Below, piece after piece: positions 56,843 to 64,000 of a DNA stretch of 64,000 nucleotides; the stretch's first letter is position 1; each line of letters begins with the position of its first letter. Under the pieces are notes generated by a model that did not search any database, was not told where the DNA came from, and saw only the letters and a program-made list of their open reading frames with translations. The stretch is from Candidatus Omnitrophota bacterium (GTDB lineage Bacteria; Omnitrophota; Gorgyraeia; B26-G9): the NCBI GenBank assembly GCA_018817585.1, contig JAHITE010000081.1:68549-132548 (forward strand). The letters are read 5' to 3'. The translations under genes were made by a program, and so were the position numbers.

Positions 56843-58404
56843 ATTGCTCCATTGCTTAAAAGTTTATGCTTATATTTATTATACAACAAATATACTATTA
56901 AAATCGGCAGCATGATAATTAAAACTAAAATCACGGATAAGCCGCAGACAAGTTTATGCGCGCCATAATGCATTAATGTATATATCCGGATAGGCAATGT
57001 CGCCTCACCTGCCGGGATAACCAATAATGTCACTCCCAGTTCTCCCATGCACAGGGCAAAGCACAAAACCCAGCTGGCTAAAATTCCCGGCCAGGCCAAA
57101 GGCAATAAAATAAAGCGCAGCCTTTTGCTCCATGACTGGCAGGCAAGTTCCGCTGATTCTTCTAAATTGCGATGAATCTGAGAGATATTGGCGCTGATCG
57201 CCCTGATCGCGAAAGCCGAAAACCGGGCAGTATAGCCAAAAACCAAAACTAAAAATGTATGATAAATGATTGTTGTAGAAGGTCTATTCCAGAAACGAAT
57301 CATTGCCACACCAAAAATCGCTGAAGGAATAGCAAAGGGAATCATCGAACACAGATCAATAAACAAGCGAGTCTTCTTGCCTGCTCTGGCTAACGCGTAT
57401 CCTAAAGGAAAGCTAATCAAACAAATAAAAGTTGCTGATACAAAAGAGAACAGCAAACTATTCCGGATCTGCGGCCAGGCTGTTTTAAATGCTATTGCAT
57501 AAGTTGCCAGATTACCCGCGCCAATAATCAATATAAGCATCGGCAATCCCATTGATAAACTAAAAACCAAAGCGCAAAATAATCCTGCTGCGATTTTCCC
57601 CTTACCCAGCTTAAACAGCATTTTTTGTTTGTTTCGCGCTTTTAAACTTATATATGATTTATTGGCCATGAGATATCTCTGAACAAATACCAACAACAGG
57701 CAAACAGCAACCAAAGGCAAAGCTAATATCACTGCCTTAGCAGTATCATAAAACGCGCTGAACTGGACAAATATCTCAACCGGATAAGTATTGACTCTAA
57801 GCATATCCGGAACAGCATAATTAGACAAGCTAAAAACAAATACCAGAATCGCGCCAGAAGCAATATAAGCCGAGGCCAAAGGCAAAGTTATTTTACGAAT
57901 TACATGACGCTTAGAATGAATCAAAGCCGCGGCTTCTTCTAATTTACTATCAACTGAATTTAATCCGGTTAAAGTCAAAAGCATAATAAACGGAAAATAT
58001 GCTAATCCCAATACAAAGCCGACGCCGATCCAGCTGTAGAAAAAAATATTGCCGGCAAAGCCGCAGATATTTAGCAGTTTTATCCAGCCAATGGCAGTTA
58101 TATGCGCGGGCATAAACAAAGGGATTAATCCGGAAAAAATGAAGAATTTTTGCAATGGAATATCAGTGCGGCTGATTAAAAACCCATACCCCACACCCAA
58201 GAGCAAAGCAAAACAAACTGTACTCACTCCCACCAGCATACTGTTTTTAAACAAGCTTATCTGCCGGCTGTTTAATAAAAAAACCTGGGCAAGATTATCC
58301 ATTGAAGTAAAGGTCTCAGCCAATATCAGCAATAATGGGCCTAGCACAATAATAATAAATAAAATCGCGCAGAGAATAATTATTGGTTTGGGGATAAAAC
58401 TCAC
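56839..58404 (-). CDS. ABC transporter permease with duplicated BPD-transport domains (iron(III)/FbpB-type)
   Basis: 521 aa, about 12 TM helices, two EAA-like loops. Overlapping stop/start with both neighbours. Confidence 0.7.
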   Translation of the reverse strand: MSFIPKPIIILCAILFIIIVLGPLLLILAETFTSMDNLAQVFLLNSRQISLFKNSMLVGVSTVCFALLLGVGYGFLISRTDIPLQKFFIFSGLIPLFMPAHITAIGWIKLLNICGFAGNIFFYSWIGVGFVLGLAYFPFIMLLTLTGLNSVDSKLEEAAALIHSKRHVIRKITLPLASAYIASGAILVFVFSLSNYAVPDMLRVNTYPVEIFVQFSAFYDTAKAVILALPLVAVCLLLVFVQRYLMANKSYISLKARNKQKMLFKLGKGKIAAGLFCALVFSLSMGLPMLILIIGAGNLATYAIAFKTAWPQIRNSLLFSFVSATFICLISFPLGYALARAGKKTRLFIDLCSMIPFAIPSAIFGVAMIRFWNRPSTTIIYHTFLVLVFGYTARFSAFAIRAISANISQIHRNLEESAELACQSWSKRLRFILLPLAWPGILASWVLCFALCMGELGVTLLVIPAGEATLPIRIYTLMHYGAHKLVCGLSVILVLIIMLPILIVYLLYNKYKHKLLSNGAI

Positions 58405-59417
58405 CTTAGAAATAGTCCTGTTAGAAATTCACCTGATTGGTTTAATTTATGCGCTACTGTTTCAAAGTCAATATCCATTACTGATAGCGCGTCATAATCC
58501 GGCACATAATCTGGTTTTTTCACTTCTTTACGCAAAGGTATCTGCATACTCGAAGAAAAAGCCAGTTTTTCTTCGACTTTTCGGCTTAAGATATAATCAA
58601 TCAGCTGTTTTGCCTGTTCAGGATGCGGCGCGTTTTTAATCAGACAAACCGTATTGGGAATAAGCAAAGTTCCCAGTCCTCGATTATCAGGATATATCAT
58701 ATTCACATTCTTACCTTCACTTATTGCCACCCAGGCATCATCTGTATCAGTAAAGCCGACGGCTAATTCTCCGTCCACAACCCGGTCACGGGATTCAGAG
58801 TTGCCGGAAACCATGACAATCTGATTATCGGCTAAAGCCTGAAAATAGGCTTTGGCTTTTTCATCACCCAAAGCCACAAACAAAGCCGCGCAATGCGTGG
58901 CTGTTGTGCCAAATAAGGGATTAGCTAAAGCAACTTTTTTACTCCACTTTGGAGCAGTTAAATCAAAGATTGATCGCGGAAGCTCTGGATCTTTAACCAG
59001 ATCTTTATTATAGATTAGGACTCTGGCACGGGCGGCAAAGCCTGTCCAGAAACCCTGATTGTCTTTAAATTGGCTGGGAATATCTTTTGCCTGAGCCGAT
59101 ATATAGGAAGCTAATATACCTTTATCTTTGAGCAAAATACTCCGGGCAATCTCATTATTCCAGAACACATCAGCATTGGGATTATCTTTTTCCGCGATTA
59201 AGCGGTTTACCAATCCTGTTGTCTTTGCGGCTTCGGTATCATAAACCACTTTTACCTTTATCCCGGTTTCCTGCTCAAAATCCTGAATAATCGGTTCTGA
59301 AAATATCTGATCCAAAGCAGTGTATAATACAACTTGTTTTTTACTTTGCGCATATAGCGGCAAACAGGAAATAAACAAATACGCGCAGCCAAACAGCAAT
59401 ATCAGCAGTTTCTTCAA
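58401..59417 (-). CDS. periplasmic substrate-binding protein, Fe(3+)/FbpA-AfuA family
   Basis: 338 aa. Signal peptide and SBP fold with Tyr-rich ligand region (VVLYTALD..., NPLFGTTATH). Confidence 0.6.
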   Translation of the reverse strand: MKKLLILLFGCAYLFISCLPLYAQSKKQVVLYTALDQIFSEPIIQDFEQETGIKVKVVYDTEAAKTTGLVNRLIAEKDNPNADVFWNNEIARSILLKDKGILASYISAQAKDIPSQFKDNQGFWTGFAARARVLIYNKDLVKDPELPRSIFDLTAPKWSKKVALANPLFGTTATHCAALFVALGDEKAKAYFQALADNQIVMVSGNSESRDRVVDGELAVGFTDTDDAWVAISEGKNVNMIYPDNRGLGTLLIPNTVCLIKNAPHPEQAKQLIDYILSRKVEEKLAFSSSMQIPLRKEVKKPDYVPDYDALSVMDIDFETVAHKLNQSGEFLTGLFLR

Positions 59418-59581
59418 TCCAGACTCCTAGTTTAATCAGTAAATAATATACCTAAAATTTTAAACTCTTTAATAAGGTTGTTTGACAACTTCTATAACTT
59501 GCTAAGAGTTTTAAATAATCAATATTATCTTCTTTGAGTTTTTCATTCAGCCATTTTGTAAATAGCTGCATCGCAATGCAT

Positions 59582-61195
59582 CTATTGGTTGAGGAGTTTT
59601 TCTTTAAGCAATCTGATCTCTTTCTTAAGTTCAAGCATTTTCAATTCTCTGTCAACTGCTATTTTATTAAATCTAGTAAGTTTAATGTTCTGCTGATCAA
59701 GTTCTATGGTTCTTTCTTCTACTATCTTATTAAATTTAGTAAGTTCTAGATTCTTACGATTAAGTTCTGCTGTTCTTTCTTCTACTATCTTCTCAATTTT
59801 TTCTCTTTCATTTCGCGATTCAAGCATCAAACTGCTGTATAATAAAGAATTTTTCATAAAAACACCCACGCTTTTACCAACTCCACTCAGGAATCTTAAA
59901 TCATAATCACCATATAATTTAAGATTTTCTTTTTTCCCCATGCAAAGAAATCCAAGTACTTCATTTTTAACTATTATCGGAACTAATAATTCAATATCAT
60001 TATCCAACATCCAATTCTCTAAGTTTCTATCATTTTCATTTCTGCCTTTTATGATTATCTCCTTATTCTCAAGAAAAATCCGGAATAATTCATCGTTCAT
60101 ATCAAACAAAACATCGCCTTCCTTTAATTTGCTAAGATTCTTACTGCCAGAAACAATGAACGCGCCATTTGTAATAATTAGCAAACCCAAACCTTTTGGG
60201 TATAATGTATTATTAATACAAATAAGCAGGGGATGACTAATTTCTTTTAACTCAATTTTGGATGAAACCGTTTCTACTAAAGATATAATCGCTTTATCAT
60301 AATCATAGGCTCTTTTGTGAAAAAAATGGTCAATCTTCGGCTGGATTTTTTCCTTTATCCAAGAGAACAGGTAAAAACACCCTAAAGCCAATAATGTTAT
60401 ATTAACCAGACTCAATGACCTTAACCAGTCCCTTATCAAAAAGATACTAATAAGAAAAGGAATCATCAGGCAAACTGAGACTATTACCCAAGCAATAGTC
60501 TTATGCGCGATTGTCTCAATACCCATAAATCCATAGTTAATGATAACGTAACCATAGAAAGCAGTCCAAAAAGGAATAATCATCCATGCGCCATGCAATG
60601 GAATATTAAACGCTACTAACCACTCCAACATCCCAAAAATTACTAATCCATATAATATGGTCAGGATTTTTAATTGTTCTTTTTTTAAAGCAACTGTTTC
60701 TTTTTTATATTCACGATAAAAGAGTACCACGACATATCCTGTAATTATTAGAAACTTAAGCATCCCAAATAGCAGAAAATAGGAAAATAACGGCATGCCT
60801 TTCCACACTATCCCCACATTTTGGATAGCAGTCGCGCCTTTTCCTATCCCGTCATACAGCCAGACAAAAACAACTTCCGTAATGCTGATCGCGTACAGCC
60901 CAAGCAATAAATTAATTTTCTTTCTAAACATACGCACGAAATAATGATAAAACGCTACAGAAGTAAACGGCACACTTATATAGGCAATCCTAAACCATAA
61001 TAAAGACACTGTAAAATCCTCAAAGAAGTACATTGAAAACGCGTTTGCCCCAAACCAAAACCCCAGAACAAAATTCATAAAAAAAAATATCCTAAAGAGT
61101 TTTGATTTTGGATTTTTTAAAAATACAAAAAATCCAATTAAAAAACAAAGAACCGCCGCGGTGATCGAACCATAAAAATGAATTTGTGCAATCAT
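59582..61195 (-). CDS. orphan sensor-like protein: 7TM receptor-type N-terminal domain, GAF domain and C-terminal coiled coil, no kinase or output domain
   Basis: 537 aa. Seven hydrophobic helices in the first 300 aa (histidine-kinase 7TM style). GAF-like region LGFLCMGKK.... The C-terminus contains 21-aa tandem repeats IVEERTAELNRKNLELTKFNK / IVEERTIELDQQNIKLTRFNK. Confidence 0.55.
   Translation of the reverse strand: MIAQIHFYGSITAAVLCFLIGFFVFLKNPKSKLFRIFFFMNFVLGFWFGANAFSMYFFEDFTVSLLWFRIAYISVPFTSVAFYHYFVRMFRKKINLLLGLYAISITEVVFVWLYDGIGKGATAIQNVGIVWKGMPLFSYFLLFGMLKFLIITGYVVVLFYREYKKETVALKKEQLKILTILYGLVIFGMLEWLVAFNIPLHGAWMIIPFWTAFYGYVIINYGFMGIETIAHKTIAWVIVSVCLMIPFLISIFLIRDWLRSLSLVNITLLALGCFYLFSWIKEKIQPKIDHFFHKRAYDYDKAIISLVETVSSKIELKEISHPLLICINNTLYPKGLGLLIITNGAFIVSGSKNLSKLKEGDVLFDMNDELFRIFLENKEIIIKGRNENDRNLENWMLDNDIELLVPIIVKNEVLGFLCMGKKENLKLYGDYDLRFLSGVGKSVGVFMKNSLLYSSLMLESRNEREKIEKIVEERTAELNRKNLELTKFNKIVEERTIELDQQNIKLTRFNKIAVDRELKMLELKKEIRLLKEKLLNQ
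59666..59791. repeat. 63-bp tandem direct repeat x2 (about 81% identical) inside the 7TM-GAF gene
   Basis: Unit A spans 59666-59728 and unit B 59729-59791, aligned base by base. They encode the duplicated coiled-coil heptads. Confidence 0.7.
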
Positions 61196-61565
61196 ATATT
61201 TAATAATCCTTTTTTATAACCAGTTGATCGGGGTGTTTTCTTTTTCAACCACTGATCCTCTTTCAATAACTCCGCTACTCTATTGACTCAATGAGTTCCT
61301 GTTCTTAAAAAAAATATTTTATTACCTTATACTGGCCCACTGCCAATGGATAGTAGGGCTGAAGGAAAAAAGCGAAAAAAAGGGATAGTTGTTCTAATTT
61401 TTTAAGGGTATACTCTTCTTCAACCGAGTATTAATTACATCAAAAAATCCCCAAATAATAAATGCCAAAATCTTCTTCATAATGAAATATCCACTGCTTA
61501 TTATTTCCTCTTGTCAGTACTTGGAATATTCCATAATCAGTACATATACTTGCTGCGCTGGGCAT

Positions 61566-61603
61566 AAAAAAATCTTCTTGAATTTCTTTTCTTTCAAGAA
61601 GAT
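61566..61603 (-). terminator. rho-independent terminator downstream of the HEAT-repeat gene
   Basis: The minus strand reads aatcttcttgaa-agaaaagaa-ttcaagaagat followed by ttttttta. It is an 11-bp stem with a 7-T tail, 112 bp past the stop at 61715. Confidence 0.55.
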
Positions 61604-61714
61604 TATATCAACTTCTCTTTCCTCTGTCAATTGAATCGGTAGCAGGACATACTCTAACTATTCCCCGTCCCTTTTTTTCCACACCTTCTTTGTTATATAA
61701 CCAATTGCAATGAA

Positions 61715-62839
61715 TTATATTGCCTGGCTAATAATCATTAACAAGTTAACATCAGTCGCCAGCATCCCTTTTTCGATTATTACAAGATGATTACTTCTAT
61801 TTATTCTATCTATTGCGCTGTCTCCCCTTTTTATTTTAGAAGCCTTCAACTGATTAGACTGAGGTACTTTCCAAACATATGGTCCACTATCTTTCAAAAG
61901 GCTATAAACCGGGTGTAAATAACCTGATTTTGGATACACATCAGGATAGGGTTTACGGCTGTTCTCATCACCATTATTTTCTGGAGTTTCTTTTAATGAA
62001 AATGCATACGCGATTAAGAGCAACATGAAACATATAGCCGATATAATAAACATAAAAACAGAAACAGTCTTAGGGAATTTAAATTGAACAGCGTAAAAAT
62101 TAGCTTTAAAACCTCCAATTTCAAATAAAGCATCCCCCACTGATTCCAATCTATAATAATCATAGTCCCTGTTTGCCATCAAGACTTTACCTCTCGCGAT
62201 CAACGGCTCTACTGCCCGAGCATCCCCGATCTCGCCTAAAAGCACAGTAGCCCAATAACGAATATTCCCATTCGCATGTCGCAATGCCTCAATACCTAAT
62301 TCTACCGCGTTATCTATTTTTATTGCTTCTCGAATATTACGTTGATATAGATAAAGATAAAATCTGCTCCTTGGATCACCATTTCTACTTAATGCTTCCG
62401 CGGCTTTGTCTCTGTTCCACCTCCATTCATTCGATAATCCTTCGATCTGATCATTAACAGTTTTAGTAATGTCTATATCGGAAGGATATTTTCTCAGATA
62501 TTTCTTTTCTGATTCAAGAGTAGTCGGAATCATCAAAAAGCTTAGCATTAGCATCAAAACAGCCGCAACTTTAATTAAGTTATGTCTAGCCTGTGATCTT
62601 TTAGAAGAAATGCTTTTGGAATCAACAACATTTTCAGGATTTGGCAACTTCTGTTTGCAGATAATTTTAAAATTATGCATTAACTGATCATTATTTAGTT
62701 TTAGTGCCGAAGCCAAGCACTCTTTATTTACAAAACTAGTTACTTCTCCTCCTGCCCAGGCAACATCAAGCAATAAAAATGAATTGATGAGCATAAACGA
62801 GATTACCTTAAACCATAGACCCTTGTTGCACCTATTCAT
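61715..62839 (-). CDS. HEAT/PBS-lyase-repeat membrane protein, hypothetical
   Basis: 374 aa. N-terminal signal/TM segment, internal TM helices, and HEAT-like repeats (ALRHANGNIRYWATVLLGEIGDARAVEPLI). Confidence 0.45.
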   Translation of the reverse strand: MNRCNKGLWFKVISFMLINSFLLLDVAWAGGEVTSFVNKECLASALKLNNDQLMHNFKIICKQKLPNPENVVDSKSISSKRSQARHNLIKVAAVLMLMLSFLMIPTTLESEKKYLRKYPSDIDITKTVNDQIEGLSNEWRWNRDKAAEALSRNGDPRSRFYLYLYQRNIREAIKIDNAVELGIEALRHANGNIRYWATVLLGEIGDARAVEPLIARGKVLMANRDYDYYRLESVGDALFEIGGFKANFYAVQFKFPKTVSVFMFIISAICFMLLLIAYAFSLKETPENNGDENSRKPYPDVYPKSGYLHPVYSLLKDSGPYVWKVPQSNQLKASKIKRGDSAIDRINRSNHLVIIEKGMLATDVNLLMIISQAI

Positions 62840-63015
62840 AACCTATCTCCTGAATACAAATTAAGCTTCTTTTTAAAGCAGATAAAAAGGATTTTTAAGT
62901 GTACCACAAGGCGCCGGATATTGCAAACTTGGAAACGGGGCCGCATTGACTCACATTAAATGTTACCGAAAGAAAATTTTAAAGTATTCGTTGACTCATA
63001 AATAATGTTACCCAA

Positions 63016-64000
63016 ATAATAACCCCTGAAAGGGGGTTATTATCATGACATTAGGAGCTAAAATGGAATATCTTAACAGTATTTTCTTACGGTACAAAAA
63101 AGCAAATCGTAAACAAAAAAGCGTTATTCTTAATGAATTCTGCGCTAATTGCGGATATCATCGCAAACATGCTATTCGCGTACTCAGAACCTTTAAGCGT
63201 TTTGCCAAACCTAAGCTTAAAAAACGAGGCAAACATTCAATATATAACACCCCTGCGCTTATCCTGCCCCTTAAACGCATCTGGCTGGCGGCTCATTTAC
63301 CCTGCTCAAAGAATCTTAAAGCTGTTTTACCTATTTGGCTGCCTTTTTACGCCGAAGAATTCGAACCCTTAGCTCAACATGTATTCGATTTATTAACACG
63401 TATTTCTGCCAGTACCATTGATAGAATATTAAAACCCATTAAAATAAAATACCGCGGCAGGGGCAAATCATGTACTAAACCAGGCTCTCTTTTACGTAAC
63501 CAAATTCCAATAAAAACTGATCAATGGAATGAATTTCGTCCCGGCTTTATTGAAGCCGATACCGTCCACCACTGCGGAGAATCAACTGAAGGTCAATATG
63601 CTATCACCGTTAATTACACTGATATTGCCTCTCAGTGGACAGAACAACGCGCTGTCTGGGGTAAAGGCCAGCAAGGCGTCTTTAAACAAACTAAAAAGGT
63701 CGAAAAATCTCTGCCCTTTGCTATCTTAGGCTTTGACTGCGATAACGGTGGCGAACTGCTTAATTTACATATCTTTAAATATTTTACCGGCCGTAAGACT
63801 GGCTCCGTTCAATATACCCGTTCCCGGGCTTACAAGAAAAACGATAACTCTCATATCGAACAGAAAAACTGGACCCATGTCCGTCAATGGCTTGGCTATT
63901 CGCGCTTTGATAATCCAAAAGTTGTTATGCTCATCAATGGCCTTTACACCTCAGAATGGCGCTTCTATCATAACTTCTTTTGCCCTTCGGTTAAGCTAAT
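63016..64000 (+). mobile_element. probable insertion sequence, left part (hairpin/IR plus transposase)
   Basis: An 11-bp perfect inverted repeat, ataataacccc N6 ggggttattat (63016-63043), lies 20 bp upstream of the transposase ATG. The other end of the element would be outside the window. Confidence 0.4.
63063..64000 (+). CDS. DDE-type transposase/integrase (rve-like catalytic core); 3' end beyond the window
   Basis: The +3 frame is open from the ATG at 63063 to the window end: MEYLNSIFLRYKKANRKQKSVILNEFCANCGYHRKH...IEADTVHH...LGFDCDNGGE...SHIEQKNW. That gives a D(about 60)D(about 35)E spacing. AGGAG RBS 7 nt upstream. The track's 63133, 63529 and 63733 ORFs are in other frames. Confidence 0.6.
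   Translation, partial: MEYLNSIFLRYKKANRKQKSVILNEFCANCGYHRKHAIRVLRTFKRFAKPKLKKRGKHSIYNTPALILPLKRIWLAAHLPCSKNLKAVLPIWLPFYAEEFEPLAQHVFDLLTRISASTIDRILKPIKIKYRGRGKSCTKPGSLLRNQIPIKTDQWNEFRPGFIEADTVHHCGESTEGQYAITVNYTDIASQWTEQRAVWGKGQQGVFKQTKKVEKSLPFAILGFDCDNGGELLNLHIFKYFTGRKTGSVQYTRSRAYKKNDNSHIEQKNWTHVRQWLGYSRFDNPKVVMLINGLYTSEWRFYHNFFCPSVKL

Noticed and set aside
59418-59581. Fur-box-like AT-rich near-palindrome (aataatcaatattatc) upstream of the Fbp-type SBP gene
   Set aside because: It matches at most one GATAAT hexamer of the 19-bp Fur consensus. In an AT-rich genome this is expected by chance.
59452-59634. 60-aa ORF 59452..59634 (-) overlapping the end of the 7TM-GAF gene
   Set aside because: It overlaps the 3' end of a well-supported gene in another frame and has no RBS or motifs.
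61520-61566. 41-codon ORF (MPSAASICTDYGIFQVLTRGNNKQWIFHYEEDFGIYYLGIF) on the minus strand inside the long intergenic region
   Set aside because: Its ATG is fused to the terminator's poly-T tail with no RBS. Its frame crosses the palindrome, and it has no recognisable features.
63345-63365. tRNA T-loop-like string (revcomp GGGTTCGAATTC) suggesting a tRNA or tRNA fragment as IS target
   Set aside because: It lies inside the intact transposase reading frame (EEFEP). No acceptor or anticodon stems can be built around it.

Overview
AT-rich bacterial chromosomal segment (roughly 35-40% GC by eye), from an organism with a Gram-negative-type envelope; it could be an uncultivated lineage. Gene density is about 90%, and all but two genes are on the minus strand. 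Content, left to right:

- **Housekeeping (1-2253):** a partial MtaB-like methylthiotransferase, a small membrane-anchored hypothetical and RsmE.
- **Type IV pilus locus (2353-11862):** two tandem prepilin paralogs whose upstream region carries a sigma54 -24/-12 box, then PilC, the sigma54 activator PilR, the sensor kinase PilS, PilB, two PilT-family ATPases and a HAMP-only membrane protein.
- **Surface-glycan cluster, ABC-transporter-dependent type (12035-24660):** an AsnB-like amidotransferase, a GT4, a B12-binding radical SAM enzyme, a GT2-GT4 fusion, a GT2, a CstII/GT29-like sialyltransferase-motif protein, a pyruvyl-transferase-like protein, Wzt with a C-terminal glycan-binding domain, Wzm and a GT2.
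- **RNA-modification and lipid genes (24674-30018):** an unannotated Trm112-like mini-gene, a secreted hypothetical, a TadA-like deaminase, a CxxC hypothetical, ThpR on the plus strand (possibly leaderless), PgpA, PgsA and RimO.
- **Core genes (30089-36877):** ftsK, dut, pnp, rpsO, def and trxB.
- **MoxR / DUF58 / DUF3488-DUF4129 operon (36855-41886):** its membrane protein carries a roughly 350-residue acidic Gly/Ser-rich disordered insert.
- **Sugar and vitamin genes (41909-47555):** a DegT aminotransferase, a GT9 heptosyltransferase, a DRTGG protein, PanE, PanB and a DUF1805-like protein.
- **One-carbon block (47573-53481):** a MetH core without its activation domain, a standalone activation-domain protein, an FAD oxidoreductase, FolD and an FTCD-type cyclodeaminase.
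- **Right end (53575-64000):** an SGNH hydrolase interrupted by TPR repeats, a ChrB-like secreted protein with an Fbp-type iron ABC transporter, an orphan 7TM-GAF sensor containing a 63-bp tandem repeat, a 519-bp intergenic region with a terminator and a palindrome, a HEAT-repeat membrane protein, and a DDE transposase on the plus strand at the window edge.

No rRNA, tRNA or CRISPR array was detected.
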